Below, one piece after another: positions 1 to 9,867 of a stretch of 64,000 nt of DNA. Location: contig CAZBJE010000003.1 of the NCBI GenBank assembly GCA_964492125.1, positions 27,788-91,787 on the forward strand, given 5' to 3'. The notes below the pieces were generated by a model that was not told the origin of the DNA, did not search any database, and was given only the letters and a program-made list of their open reading frames with translations. Position 1 is the first letter of the stretch. Every line of letters starts with the position of its first letter. The stretch is from an uncultured Pseudobdellovibrionaceae bacterium. Its GTDB lineage: Bacteria; Bdellovibrionota; FAC87; UBA2466. The position numbers were made by a program, and so were the translations under genes.

Positions 1-887
1 ACGGCCACACCGCCGAGCCGGTGCTTGATACCGCGGTAGCGGCAGCACTCTGTGGCTATGGCGACAACGTTGGGCTGGCGAAACTCGTAAAGGATGTTTT
101 GCGGGTGCACTTGCACAAGGGCCGCTCGCGAGTGAAGTGGCTGGCCCGTCCGCTGTCGAACGAACTTTTGCACTACGCCCAGCAGGACGTGGAATATTTG
201 GTGGAGCTGGCCGGCAAGATGGAGGAGTGGTTGCGCTCCAAGGGCCGTTGGAATTGGGCGGTAGAAGAGAGCTTTGTGAACCCGCGCGATTTCGATACTC
301 CGCCGGAAGAAATTGCGCATCGCTTGGCTAAAAGCGGCCAGTTAGACGAGACCACCTATCTCTGTCTGCAGGAACTGGTGCGCTGGCGTGAAGACCGCGC
401 CCGCAAAGGCAATATGCCCCGCTCCTGGGTGGCCGATAATGAAGTGCTGGTGGCTCTAGCCCGTTCGCGGCCAAAGTCGGTTGGAGAACTGCGCTCGTTT
501 CGCGGTATCGGCCCTAAAGAGATTGATCGCAGTGGCGAAACCATTTTGCGCGCGATCGAAACCGGTTCCAAAATCCCCAAGTCCGAGGCCGATATTCCGG
601 TGCGTAACAATGCGGCCGCCGAAGTCGACAGCCATGCGCTGGATTTGATGAAGGCGTATTTAGCGGTTCTCTCCGCCCGCTATGAAATCGCGCCGAGGTT
701 CTTGCTCCGCACGGGTCGGCTCGCGGATCTGATTGTTTTTGCGAACGCCGAATTCAAAATTTGGGTGGAAAAAGGGATTATTTCTCAGAGCGCGTCGGAA
801 GTGATCGGTGGGGATTTGAAAGACTTTCTTTCGGGCAAGCTGCTCATTGGCCTAAAAGCGGGGCGAGTGGAACTGGTTCCTCGTTAG
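1..887 (+). CDS. rnd: Ribonuclease D, C-terminal portion including the HRDC region; 5' end lies outside the window. The frame stays open to position 3, and the listed start at 21 is a GTG, not a true start.
   Basis: WLARPLSNELLHYAQQDVEYL matches the RNase D exonuclease motif (E. coli WLARPLTERQCEYAAADVWYL). No stop upstream in frame. Confidence 0.75.
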   Translation, partial: GHTAEPVLDTAVAAALCGYGDNVGLAKLVKDVLRVHLHKGRSRVKWLARPLSNELLHYAQQDVEYLVELAGKMEEWLRSKGRWNWAVEESFVNPRDFDTPPEEIAHRLAKSGQLDETTYLCLQELVRWREDRARKGNMPRSWVADNEVLVALARSRPKSVGELRSFRGIGPKEIDRSGETILRAIETGSKIPKSEADIPVRNNAAAEVDSHALDLMKAYLAVLSARYEIAPRFLLRTGRLADLIVFANAEFKIWVEKGIISQSASEVIGGDLKDFLSGKLLIGLKAGRVELVPR

Positions 888-897
888 TTTTTTCGGC

Positions 898-925
898 AAA
901 AAAAAGCCCCCGGAAGGGGGCTTAA
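898..925. terminator. Rho-independent terminator hairpin (GCCCCCGGAAGGGGGC) flanked by an A-run on the plus strand and a T-run on the minus strand. It is strongest for the minus-strand gene 934..1137 and probably bidirectional.
   Basis: Perfect 6-bp GC stem with GGAA loop. The minus strand reads GCCCCCTTCCGGGGGCTTTTTTTT. Confidence 0.65.
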
Positions 926-933
926 TCAACCGG

Positions 934-1137
934 TCAGGTGACCGTGTTGCAATCCATCTGGCACTCATCCGGATCGGCGCCGTCCTCGGCGCATTCCGCC
1001 CGGCAGCTATCGCCTTCTTCGGGTGCATTCACCCGCAGAGCCGATTCATCGCTCGGGTAAGTGATTTCTTCATTGGCGTAGAGAGCGGGACCAAGGAGCG
1101 CCATGCTGATGGCCACGGCCCAATAGAGCTTACGCAT
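934..1137 (-). CDS. Small Cys-rich secreted protein, 67 aa (MRKLYWAVAISMALLGPALYA signal peptide, 6 Cys in mature part).
   Basis: GGAGG sits 5 nt upstream of the second ATG, at 1137. The first ATG at 1164 lacks an RBS. Signal peptide followed by an acidic Cys-rich tail. Confidence 0.45.
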   Translation of the reverse strand: MRKLYWAVAISMALLGPALYANEEITYPSDESALRVNAPEEGDSCRAECAEDGADPDECQMDCNTVT

Positions 1138-1342
1138 ACAAACCTCCACACATACATTCCGCAACGGTTTGATTCAGGATACCGCCCAATTGTGCAGGAA
1201 TTGTGTGGGGCAGTCTAAGTACTTGAAATTGCTTGACCAGCTTGGGTGCTATATGGCTGAGGCCGTATAAATTATTCCGGGTTGCGTCTTGCGGCCTAGT
1301 AGAACCAGTGTTATTCCCGATTCTGATTTTAAGGGAAGAACC

Positions 1343-1480
1343 ATGAAGCAGTTGTTATTTGTTCTCCTGATCGCCCTGGTTTTCTCGCTCTTCGTGGCGA
1401 GCCATTCGTTCTCTGTGCAAATGCATGAAGATTCGGCTCCTCGCCCTGAACGCAGCCAGACGGCGTCTCGGGTTAGTTAA
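1343..1480 (+). CDS. Small secreted or membrane peptide, 45 aa (MKQLLFVLLIALVFSLFVASHS...).
   Basis: GGGAAG RBS 6 nt upstream of the ATG at 1343. Strongly hydrophobic N-terminus. Short, so coding status is uncertain. Confidence 0.35.
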   Translation: MKQLLFVLLIALVFSLFVASHSFSVQMHEDSAPRPERSQTASRVS

Positions 1481-1557
1481 TCCCCCGTTTGCCGCACTTG
1501 TCTCGCAAGGCTACCCGGGCCTCGCGTGGGGGCGGCTAACGCGCTAAACTCACCGGC

Positions 1558-1872
1558 ATGGAAGCATGCATCGGTTACCTGACCACCCAAAATAAAGAAC
1601 AGGCCCGCACTCTCGCAAACGCGTTAATCGAAAAGCGCTTAATTGCGTGCGCCAATATTTTCGATGGCGCGGAATCGATCTACCGCTGGGAAGGCAAAAC
1701 GGAAGTGGCCCAAGAGGCCGTTCTGGTGGTGAAGACGACCGCGAACCTGCGGGACAAAATTGTGACCATCGTTAAAGCGCTCCATTCTTATTCGGTCCCT
1801 TGCGTCGTTTTCTATGCGATAGACGGCGGCAATGCCGACTACTTGAAGTGGATTGCCGACGAAACCCGCTAG
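1558..1872 (+). CDS. cutA: Divalent-cation tolerance protein CutA.
   Basis: SIYRWEGK and ...HSYSVPCVV...ADYLKWI align with CutA1 (E. coli SLYYWEGK / HPYQTPELLVLP...DYLSWL). Confidence 0.8.
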   Translation: MEACIGYLTTQNKEQARTLANALIEKRLIACANIFDGAESIYRWEGKTEVAQEAVLVVKTTANLRDKIVTIVKALHSYSVPCVVFYAIDGGNADYLKWIADETR

Positions 1873-2651
1873 CGTTTTTTGAGATCAAACCCGGCGATAA
1901 CCGGTGCGTGATCGGAGGGTAGGGCTCCCTTGCGCTCGTCGCGGTCGATGCGGGTGCCTATGCAAATCTCCAGCATGGCGGGGCTAGCGAAGAGAAAATC
2001 GATCCGCAGTCCGTTGTTCTTCTGAAAACCCAGCATACGGTAATCCCACCAAGAGTAGTGTCCGCCCTCGGAGTGGTGTTTGCGGAAGGTGTCGTGCAGC
2101 CCCAGGCGTTCCAAGAGCCGGGCCAAGGCGGTCTTTTCGGGTTCGGAGAAAAGGATCTGGCCTTCCCAGGCTACTGGGTCGTGCACGTCGCGGTCCTCGG
2201 GGGCTACGTTGAAGTCGCCGCCCAGCACAAAGGGGCCCGGTTGCGGCAGATTTGCGGTTAGGTAGGTGCCCAGCCGATCCAAAAACTTCAGCTTGTAGTG
2301 GTACTTTTCGGCGCCGACGGCTTGTCCGTTGGGAATGTAGGCGCTGGCTACTCGCACTCCGTTTACCACTCCCGTAATGAAGCGGGCTTCCTCCAGCTCG
2401 CCGTCCGCAAAGCCGCGGTGCACTTCGGTGATGGGGGTTTTGGCTAAGATCGCCACGCCGTTGTAGGTTTTCTGGCCATACATCGCCGATTGGTAGCCGG
2501 CCGCCTGAAGGGCTGCCAGCGGGTACTTCGGCTCTTCGCATTTGAGCTCCTGAAGAAGGACCACATCCGGGGATTCCCGGGCCAAGAAGGCCAGCAAGCG
2601 TTCCAGACGGGCATTTACCGAGTTGACGTTCCAGCTGACTACTTTCCACAT
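1869..2651 (-). CDS. xthA: Exodeoxyribonuclease III (AP endonuclease).
   Basis: [17 protein letters not shown]-terminus, QELK, and the C-terminal SDHAPV motif. Start placed at the Met matching ExoIII MKFVSFNING; the listed 2669 is a GTG. Confidence 0.85.
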   Translation of the reverse strand: MWKVVSWNVNSVNARLERLLAFLARESPDVVLLQELKCEEPKYPLAALQAAGYQSAMYGQKTYNGVAILAKTPITEVHRGFADGELEEARFITGVVNGVRVASAYIPNGQAVGAEKYHYKLKFLDRLGTYLTANLPQPGPFVLGGDFNVAPEDRDVHDPVAWEGQILFSEPEKTALARLLERLGLHDTFRKHHSEGGHYSWWDYRMLGFQKNNGLRIDFLFASPAMLEICIGTRIDRDERKGALPSDHAPVIAGFDLKKR

Positions 2652-2701
2652 CGTGGCCCGAGTATACACCGAGGCTGGAAACTGCTATAGAGCGATATCC
2701 A

Positions 2702-3205
2702 ATGAAGAGCCGCAAAGACGACAAACCCCTGGTCTCCGTCATTATGGGTAGCCAGAGCGACTGGGAAACGATGAAACATGCCGCCGATATCCTGGCGCAG
2801 TTCAAGGTGCCCCATGAGTGCGAAATTGTTTCCGCGCACCGTACCCCGAGAAAGCTCAGCCAATTTGCCGACGCCGCAGAGGGCCGGGGCATTGAAGTGA
2901 TCATTGCGGGTGCCGGTGGCGCCGCGCACCTACCCGGAATGGTGGCTGCCCAAACCAGCGTGCCCGTTTTGGGAGTGCCCGTGGAAAGCAAAACCCTCAA
3001 AGGGCTCGACTCGCTTTTATCCATCGCCCAAATGCCTCAGGGCATTCCGGTCGGTACACTCGCTATTGGTAAAGCCGGAGCGGCCAATGCCGCCCTGCTA
3101 GCCGTAGCGATTCTCTCCAACCAACGTCCGGAGCTGCGGCGCTTGCTCAATGCGTTCCGCGCCGAGCAGACCGGAAAAGTTTTAAAAACGAAACTGCCGG
3201 TATGA
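2702..3205 (+). CDS. purE: N5-carboxyaminoimidazole ribonucleotide mutase.
   Basis: [26 protein letters not shown], and PVLGVPV motifs. Confidence 0.9.
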   Translation: MKSRKDDKPLVSVIMGSQSDWETMKHAADILAQFKVPHECEIVSAHRTPRKLSQFADAAEGRGIEVIIAGAGGAAHLPGMVAAQTSVPVLGVPVESKTLKGLDSLLSIAQMPQGIPVGTLAIGKAGAANAALLAVAILSNQRPELRRLLNAFRAEQTGKVLKTKLPV

Positions 3206-4326
3206 ACGCGTTACTACCCGGCGCTACGATTGGCATTCTTGGAAGCGGCCAGTTGGGTCGCATGCTCGCCATCGCAGCTCGGCGCATGGGTTACCGGACC
3301 CACGTCTACTCACCCGATTCGAACTCGCCCGCCCAAGCCGTGGCTGATGCCACTACGATTGCTGCGTATACGGATCTGGCGATGCTGGAAACTTTCGCGC
3401 GCGCGGTCGACGTCGTCACTTTCGAGTTTGAAAATATTCCTTTTGAATCGGCTAGCCGGCTGACGGATTGGGTGGCTGTGCGCCCAGACCCCAGTGTGTT
3501 GCATACGGCGCAGCACCGGGCGCGGGAAAAAACGTTTTTGCGCGATTCCGGTTTTCCGGTGGTGCCGTTTGCGCTGATCCGTAGCGTCGCCGAAGTGGAT
3601 GCGGCGGTGCGGGCGATTGGTGTGCCTTCGGTTTTGAAAACCGCAGGGTTCGGGTACGACGGTAAGGGCCAGCACAAAATCACTTCCGCTGAACAAGTCG
3701 CCGCGATTGTTTCCGCTTCCGATCAGGAATGGGTGCTCGAGCAATGGCAGGATTTTGAGAAAGAAATTTCTGTCGGAATTGCCCGCGGGGTCGATCGCAA
3801 GATGGCCGACTGGGGGGCCGTCGAGAACCGCCACGCCCACCATATTCTGGATGTTTCTGTAGTCCCGGCAGCGATTGCCGAAGAAACCGAACGCGAAGCC
3901 GTGCGACTTGCTCGCGCGATCGCGGAGAAGCTGGGGTTGGTCGGGCTTTTGTGGATCGAGTTCTTCGTGGCTAAAGATGGTTCTGTGCGGATCAACGAAA
4001 TGGCCCCGCGCCCCCATAATAGCGGGCACTGGACGATAGAAGGCGCGGTCACCAATCAATTCGAACAACAGCTGCGTGCCGTCTGCGGCCTGCCGCTAGG
4101 ATCCCCGTTTATCGTCGCTCCTACCGCCATGGCCAATGTGTTGGGAGATGTTTGGGCAAAAGGCGAACCCAATTGGTCTGCCGTTTTAGGTGATGCTTTT
4201 GTAAAATGGCATAGCTACGGCAAATCGGATCCACGCCCCGGTCGAAAAATGGGCCACCTCACGAGCTTGGGCAGCACAGCCGAAGAGGCCGTGAGCCGCG
4301 TGCTGCACGCCCGCCAATCTCTCTAG
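3202..4326 (+). CDS. purK: N5-carboxyaminoimidazole ribonucleotide synthase (ATP-grasp).
   Basis: [12 protein letters not shown]-terminus and ATP-grasp core. ATGA start/stop overlap with purE. Confidence 0.9.
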   Translation: MNALLPGATIGILGSGQLGRMLAIAARRMGYRTHVYSPDSNSPAQAVADATTIAAYTDLAMLETFARAVDVVTFEFENIPFESASRLTDWVAVRPDPSVLHTAQHRAREKTFLRDSGFPVVPFALIRSVAEVDAAVRAIGVPSVLKTAGFGYDGKGQHKITSAEQVAAIVSASDQEWVLEQWQDFEKEISVGIARGVDRKMADWGAVENRHAHHILDVSVVPAAIAEETEREAVRLARAIAEKLGLVGLLWIEFFVAKDGSVRINEMAPRPHNSGHWTIEGAVTNQFEQQLRAVCGLPLGSPFIVAPTAMANVLGDVWAKGEPNWSAVLGDAFVKWHSYGKSDPRPGRKMGHLTSLGSTAEEAVSRVLHARQSL

Positions 4327-5241
4327 TTATCGGCTCCAGATGAGCTTTTGCAAGATCCGGCGGTGGCAGGCCCCGCCCTGATCAGAGATCAAACGCCCAT
4401 AGAACGCGCGCTCGAGCTCCCATTCGCCTTTTGCCATTTCGACTGCGTATTCCATCGCCTCTACACCTCTGCGTCGGAGTCTGCTGCTTCCAGCGAGCTC
4501 GCGAATGGCGCGAACCAAAGCGGGCAAATAGTAGGGGCCAAAAAAAGTGACCCTACCCATTGTGGGGTAGGAGTCTAAAAACTCGGTGCCGGAGCGGGTG
4601 AACACTAGCAAGGAGGTGGAGGCTAGTCCCAAGGCAACGCCCACTGCCAACGTACGATTTTCGGGTAAAATCCTCCGGAAGGAAAACCGGCCTCGATCTA
4701 GTAGGGCGATACCTTTACTAAACAGCAAAAAACTTAGGTCCGAGCGGAAGCCACGAAATTCGACTCTTTCCAAAATCTCTTTGTGCTCTTTGGCGTAGTC
4801 GATCAACACGCCGGCGTCCGCGCGATCTATCAATGCGCCCCGGACCACGCGGTTCAGCGAATTCAAGGCGAAGGGTTCGGTTAGGAGCAAAGAGTCATTG
4901 AATAGAATGTCGCCAGATGCCGGCGGGAACGCTGTTTGTACCCACTGGCTAGTCGCAACATCGAATTCCTTTGCGAGTTTTTTTAGGCGGTCGCCTTGAG
5001 TTAGAGGTTGCTCGTCCGCAAGGATTTCATTGGCCTGTTCGCCCAGCTGAATGCTCGCTGCAGCCAGTACTGGCCAAATGGGTTGTTCGACCAGCGAACG
5101 AGAGTTGTGCATGGGGTCAGGCGCCGGCGCAGTATAGGGATTAGGGGGCGCTGCCCACCCAGAAGCCACCAGCCCACTGGCCGAATGCAAGAGGATCAAT
5201 AGGTAAAATGTAGGGCTCGAGCGCAAGAAAACCCTCTGCAA
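4327..5241 (-). CDS. Hypothetical secreted protein (N-terminal hydrophobic segment, no recognisable domain).
   Basis: Long ORF with signal-like N-terminus, convergent on the purK stop. No family recognised. Confidence 0.4.
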   Translation of the reverse strand: MQRVFLRSSPTFYLLILLHSASGLVASGWAAPPNPYTAPAPDPMHNSRSLVEQPIWPVLAAASIQLGEQANEILADEQPLTQGDRLKKLAKEFDVATSQWVQTAFPPASGDILFNDSLLLTEPFALNSLNRVVRGALIDRADAGVLIDYAKEHKEILERVEFRGFRSDLSFLLFSKGIALLDRGRFSFRRILPENRTLAVGVALGLASTSLLVFTRSGTEFLDSYPTMGRVTFFGPYYLPALVRAIRELAGSSRLRRRGVEAMEYAVEMAKGEWELERAFYGRLISDQGGACHRRILQKLIWSR

Positions 5242-5310
5242 TTGGGGAACGCTGGCAATGGCGAGCTGAGCCCCCCTCCTTGATCAGGAGGGGGCAAAAG
5301 AGTGAGACGT

Positions 5311-5973
5311 CTAGTAGAGAACTACCGACGGCACTGCTACGTGCACGCAGACGTGTTTTTCAACTACCCGGAGTCCACAGCGGTTTAAGCTACGCTCACT
5401 CGCGCGGCGTACGCGGCGCGATTGCGAAGCGAGATCGAAGATCAACGCTTTTACGTACTCACTGTTTTCACAAACGTGGCAGTCGCCCCGATCGCAACGG
5501 ATTTGAGAAACTCTCGTAGCAGCGGCGCAGTCCTCGCACGTTTTCGGAGTGGCGAATACTTCGGCAAGCTTGGATTCAACCGCACAAGCGTGCTTGCGAT
5601 TGGCACGACCTCGCGCTCCGGAGTTGGGCAGCGTTTCGCCGCAATTGTCGATCAATTGGGTGACTGTGAAGTGATCGGCGGCCGTTGCTACCCGACAAGC
5701 GACTCGCGGGGCAGGCAAAAGGACCGGGCTTGGCGTTGCAACCGGAATGGATGCTGGTGCAGCAATGGGTGCTGGTGCGTCAATGGGAGCTGGAATGGGA
5801 GCAGGCGCGGCGATCGGCGGGATAGGGGGGACGGGAGTACGGGAACTCTCTTTAAATTTGGGATCGGGAATCGGTGCAATCGGTGGTTCGTCGGCGCCGT
5901 AACTGGGTTGCCCAGCAATCGAGAGAAATACAAGAACCGCGAACGCAGTGCCGCGAGATAAGAAGGAATGCAT
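5311..5973 (-). CDS. Secreted protein with a Pro-rich (P-I-A-P type) repeat linker and a Cys-rich C-terminal domain.
   Basis: Signal peptide MHSFLSRGTAFAVLVFLSIA, then PIAPIPDP...APAPIPAPIDAPAPIAAP, then about 10 Cys in 90 aa. Confidence 0.45.
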   Translation of the reverse strand: MHSFLSRGTAFAVLVFLSIAGQPSYGADEPPIAPIPDPKFKESSRTPVPPIPPIAAPAPIPAPIDAPAPIAAPASIPVATPSPVLLPAPRVACRVATAADHFTVTQLIDNCGETLPNSGARGRANRKHACAVESKLAEVFATPKTCEDCAAATRVSQIRCDRGDCHVCENSEYVKALIFDLASQSRRVRRASERSLNRCGLRVVEKHVCVHVAVPSVVLY

Positions 5974-6039
5974 GATGAAAGTCTCCTTAGGTTGAAGTTA
6001 GTGCCATTGCATAGCAAGAGTAACGCACTGCTTCAAGTG

Positions 6040-7113
6040 TCACTTGCGAGCGGGCACGGTGGCTCGAGAAGGAGAAGAAGAAGGAAGGAGCCCACGCAAT
6101 AGCTCGAAAACGCTTTCGGAGTTTTTCGCCCGTTTTGGGTACTCGGGGCGTTCGGGGTGAGAGCGAGCTACGATAGTGAGCGATACCTTTCCGTCCTCGT
6201 CGCGCATCAAAAGTCTGTCGATGCTAAGGCGTGTCCAGTGCTGATTGTAGATGAACCGGTTAATTGGCAGGTACTCGTTATTGCCAACCGAAAAGATCGG
6301 GGAAAGCGTTTCGTCGGCATCGTTCAAATTCTTGGGTTCTAAGTTTTCGTGTTGCAATAATTTGGGTGGGACCAAAACCGTATCTGCCCAATAGCTCCAA
6401 CTAGCTCCCGACTCAGAAACTATCTCTAAGTCTCTGCGCGCGCGAAAACCCCGTGTGAAGTCTGTATTGGAGAGAAGACCCGTGTACCAATCGATTTTGA
6501 GTAGACTGAAGACAGTGGTATTCAAGCTAGTGTCTTGGAAAATCGGGAACCTCAAGGGTGCTCCCGCTAGAATGGCTAATACCCACGCCGTGTCTAACCC
6601 CATAGTGGCCCAGCCCATTCGAAAAAGTATTTTGTCTGGGGAGAGGCCTCGGTAGTGGGTGATTTCTTCCCGGTTTATCCGCACAGCCTCTTCGAAAGCC
6701 CGAATCGAATCGATCCCTTTTAGGACTACCCCTGCAATGGTCGGAGAGTTTTTGTCCTGCCCCACCCGCCGGTTGTCGGCCTCAAGACCCAATAGCCGGG
6801 CCTCGGCGGCCCGCATTCCAATGCCTAGGGGCGTGGCCTCGCTCACATTCACCGAGGTGAGCGATCCCTGCGGAACCGTTCCCGATTGAATCGTAGTCAA
6901 AAACTGACGCATAGAAGAGATTGCTTCCACGGTAGCCGGTGACGTTTCACTCATGGCGTACAGGAGAGAGAGACAAGACGTGCTTCGCGCTACGGGCCAG
7001 AATCCGGGCTGGATTGTCTCAAGGGGTTCGGCTCCGCGTGCGATAACTCCGGAGAAGAGAAATGCCGTGGTTAAGATCCGTAAAAGAATGTTCAATTGGG
7101 GTCCTCCAGGCAC
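6040..7113 (-). CDS. Hypothetical secreted protein.
   Basis: 357-aa ORF with hydrophobic N-terminus. No family recognised. Confidence 0.4.
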   Translation of the reverse strand: MPGGPQLNILLRILTTAFLFSGVIARGAEPLETIQPGFWPVARSTSCLSLLYAMSETSPATVEAISSMRQFLTTIQSGTVPQGSLTSVNVSEATPLGIGMRAAEARLLGLEADNRRVGQDKNSPTIAGVVLKGIDSIRAFEEAVRINREEITHYRGLSPDKILFRMGWATMGLDTAWVLAILAGAPLRFPIFQDTSLNTTVFSLLKIDWYTGLLSNTDFTRGFRARRDLEIVSESGASWSYWADTVLVPPKLLQHENLEPKNLNDADETLSPIFSVGNNEYLPINRFIYNQHWTRLSIDRLLMRDEDGKVSLTIVARSHPERPEYPKRAKNSESVFELLRGLLPSSSPSRATVPARK

Positions 7114-7233
7114 CAGTCTCGCTATCTAGCGAACTGTTCCTATATCAAACGGTGCCTTTCCCCTAGCGGATTCCGGTTGGCAAGCAGCTTCAACTAAGGT
7201 CAGACTTGCCGAACACAGCGACGAAAGGCGGGG

Positions 7234-7797
7234 ATGTTTCGGGTTCTAGGTTGGGTGGTTGGGTGCGCATTGGCGGGTTCGGCGTTGGCTGTGGTCGACG
7301 ATGACCGTTCCACTTGCTCCGAGAGAGTACATGGCAAGGTACAGGCCCTCGCTTCGGCTGGGATAAATCTGCAGGCTCAGTCTTTGCCGGTACTAACGGA
7401 AGAAGAGATTGAGGCGCTTTTTAGTCGTCTTTCACCGACCGCTACCCACTACAGCAAGTTTCTCAAAGCGATGGAAGCGGCCAGGCGCCGACTCTGTGCG
7501 AACTTGTTCGTTAAATTTCGCGAGCGAATTGTGCAGGCACTTCAACAGCTGGAAGCGAATGTGCCGCCGAAAGAAGTTCGCGGCTTTTATCCGGCCGAAC
7601 GCGGGGTTTGGGAGCAGCGTCCGCTGGGCACTTCAACCACCGACCGGTTTTTCGTGGGCCAGGTTGGAAGCCGCTTTTTTATCCTCGCGCTTTCTTACAA
7701 CGTCAAAAGCGGAATCGAGAAAGAGCATAAGCTAATTAGTGGTCTGGTTCATGAAGTGCGCGCCTTTGAGCGAATCTGGAATGCTGCGCAGGATTAG
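7234..7797 (+). CDS. Hypothetical secreted protein.
   Basis: Signal peptide MFRVLGWVVGCALAGSALA. No family recognised. Confidence 0.4.
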   Translation: MFRVLGWVVGCALAGSALAVVDDDRSTCSERVHGKVQALASAGINLQAQSLPVLTEEEIEALFSRLSPTATHYSKFLKAMEAARRRLCANLFVKFRERIVQALQQLEANVPPKEVRGFYPAERGVWEQRPLGTSTTDRFFVGQVGSRFFILALSYNVKSGIEKEHKLISGLVHEVRAFERIWNAAQD

Positions 7798-8750
7798 CCG
7801 TGGCCGGCGCGGTTCAATCGATCGTTGATCGCGGCGCCCAGACCGATGTTGGGGACCGAGCGAGCTACGATCAAATCCAAGTTGAGGGATTCTAGATCTT
7901 TGAGTTTTGCAAATAGACGGTGGGCCGCTTCGCGCAAGTCACCGGTTTCGGAGAGATAAGAAACCGTCGAAAAACCGGCTTCTTCCAATCCCGGTTTGAG
8001 CGTCAACAGACCAACCCGTCGCTGGTTCTCAAACTCCACCGGTTTATCCGAAAACAGAAGCGGGGTTTTGGGCGAGTAGTGCTTGGCTGTATTGCCGGGT
8101 GCCAAGGGGAGGGCGGTTACTGGAATGGGATCCAGTGGTCCGATCAGGGCTTCAATCTCTTCCACCGGCAAACCCCCTCGGCGTAAGAGAGTCGCGCGGC
8201 CGTCGATCCAACCCACGATGGTGGATTCGACTCCCACCGTGCAAGGGCCTCCGTCGAGGTACAGGTCTACTTCCGTACCCAATTGTTCTTGGGCGTGGGA
8301 AACCAAAGTCGGAGAAAGGCGGGTAAAACGGTTGGCGCTGGGCGCTGCGATCGGTACCCGAGCGGCACGCAAGAGCGACTGGGCCACCGGGTGGTTGGGC
8401 ATGCGCAAACCGATTGTGGGTAGACCAGCCGTCACTATGTCGGGCATCCCTGGGTTCTTGGGCAAAACCAAGGTGAGTGGGCCGGGCCAAAAAGCTTCTG
8501 CCAGTTGCATGGCTTGCGCCGGCACGTCCACGGCGACTTCTTCGATGAGGTGGATGCTGGGCAGGTGGACAATGAGCGGGTTGAACCTCGGCCGGCGTTT
8601 AATCTCAAAAATCCGCGCGACAGCGTCGGGGTCAAACGCATTGGCACCGATCCCGTAAACGGTTTCGGTTGGGAAGACGACCGTGCCGCCTTCGCGGATG
8701 ATCTGCGCAGCCAGGGGAATCAAGTTATCCATTCGCGGAGCTTCTACCAT
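7794..8750 (-). CDS. tsaC: L-threonylcarbamoyladenylate synthase (Sua5/YrdC family, long Sua5-type form).
   Basis: GGTVVFPTETVYGIGANA YrdC motif plus a C-terminal Sua5 domain. The start may be the internal MDNLIP Met. Confidence 0.85.
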   Translation of the reverse strand: MVEAPRMDNLIPLAAQIIREGGTVVFPTETVYGIGANAFDPDAVARIFEIKRRPRFNPLIVHLPSIHLIEEVAVDVPAQAMQLAEAFWPGPLTLVLPKNPGMPDIVTAGLPTIGLRMPNHPVAQSLLRAARVPIAAPSANRFTRLSPTLVSHAQEQLGTEVDLYLDGGPCTVGVESTIVGWIDGRATLLRRGGLPVEEIEALIGPLDPIPVTALPLAPGNTAKHYSPKTPLLFSDKPVEFENQRRVGLLTLKPGLEEAGFSTVSYLSETGDLREAAHRLFAKLKDLESLNLDLIVARSVPNIGLGAAINDRLNRAGHG

Positions 8751-8804
8751 ACCCGCTTAGAAAAAGAGGCGGATTTTCCAGCGTGCTTGGGCTAGATTTC
8801 GCCC

Positions 8805-9242
8805 ATGTTCTTGCTCTTTCGCTGGTTAATGACCAGCCTTGCTATTTTAACGGTGCCTTACATTATCTCCGGCGTAACGGTCGCCGACTTCCGCGCAGCG
8901 CTCGTGGCGGCCGCTATCCTGGCGGTACTCAATGTCTTTGTGAAGCCGCTCTTGGTCTTACTGACTCTGCCGCTGACTTTCCTAACGCTCGGCCTGTTTT
9001 TGCTGGTGATCAACGCTCTGCTTTTTGAATTCGCCGGTTCCCTAGTAACGGGCATCACCATTTCTTCTTTCTGGTCTGCGCTCGGAGCGTCCCTTTTTGT
9101 CAGCACCGTCTCTTGGCTGGCTAACGGAATGGGGGAGAAGCGGTTGAAGTTCCAATTCCAAGGCCCGCGCGGAGGGCAACGGGCGTCTCGGCGGGAGCGC
9201 ACACTCGACCTGCACCGGACCGACGACGGGAAATGGGAATAG
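8805..9242 (+). CDS. DUF360 / phage-holin-4-2 family small membrane protein.
   Basis: Four predicted TM helices. LNVFVKPLLVLLTLPLTFLTLGLFLLVINALLFEFAG is typical of DUF360. Confidence 0.55.
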   Translation: MFLLFRWLMTSLAILTVPYIISGVTVADFRAALVAAAILAVLNVFVKPLLVLLTLPLTFLTLGLFLLVINALLFEFAGSLVTGITISSFWSALGASLFVSTVSWLANGMGEKRLKFQFQGPRGGQRASRRERTLDLHRTDDGKWE

Positions 9243-9429
9243 CTTCGAGCTCCCCTCCAGAAGGGCTGTCGCCCCGAAACTAGCCACCAGTAAGCCTTTT
9301 GGGCCATGCGTGCCACTGTGCAGGGTGGCCGATCTCCACAATTGCACCACCAATCCCCCACCGTTGGAGCCCATCCTAATGAAACGGGCGTGTGCGCGGC
9401 TACACCGCGCTTCTCATGGAGGAGAAGAC

Positions 9430-9867
9430 ATGAAACGTAGGTGGTTCGTATTCTTTTGTTTGTTTTTAACGACCTGTGGAAAGGATACCGCAGAGCCGCA
9501 GCGCGCCCAGACTCCTGCTGACGCCGCCGTACTGGCGATTACGCCTGGGCTGATTTTTACTTTCCCCAATCAAAGCGTGGGCAGCACAGTCGATCGGACG
9601 TTCACTGTAGCCAATACCGGGCAGAAAACCGCCACCGAACTGGAGAGCGATTTCGGCCTGTCGATCACTTTCCAATACCCTGGTGGGTACCCTGGGACAG
9701 GTGGAACGTGTGCGAGTACTTTGGAAGCAGGGGCTAGCTGCACTTTGACGGTGGAGTTTTCTCCCCAGTACGTGGGGAGCTTCACGCAGACGTTGCGCAT
9801 GAGTTACCACAACGCCTATTCGGTCGTGTTTACGGAGTACCCAGTTCTAAAAGGCGATGGAACTTAG
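9430..9867 (+). CDS. Putative lipoprotein or secreted protein with a choice-of-anchor-D / ASH-like (PapD-like) domain.
   Basis: GGAGAAG RBS, then MKRRWFVFFCLFLTTCG. The pattern VGSTVDRTFTVANTG...C..L.AGASCTLTVEFSP matches the choice-of-anchor D motif. Confidence 0.5.
   Translation: MKRRWFVFFCLFLTTCGKDTAEPQRAQTPADAAVLAITPGLIFTFPNQSVGSTVDRTFTVANTGQKTATELESDFGLSITFQYPGGYPGTGGTCASTLEAGASCTLTVEFSPQYVGSFTQTLRMSYHNAYSVVFTEYPVLKGDGT

Noticed and set aside
21-887. Listed start of the first ORF at position 21
   Set aside because: Position 21 is GTG and the frame stays open to the window edge. The gene is the 3' part of rnd continuing upstream, not a complete 288-aa protein.
1984-3024. 346-aa ORF on the minus strand spanning xthA and purE
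   Set aside because: It lies antisense or out-of-frame to two well-supported conserved genes. Its Arg/Pro/Ser/Gly-rich composition is typical of spurious frames in high-GC DNA.
3310-4068. 252-aa and 125-aa minus-strand ORFs inside purK
   Set aside because: Antisense to the conserved purK gene, with no RBS or domain signal.
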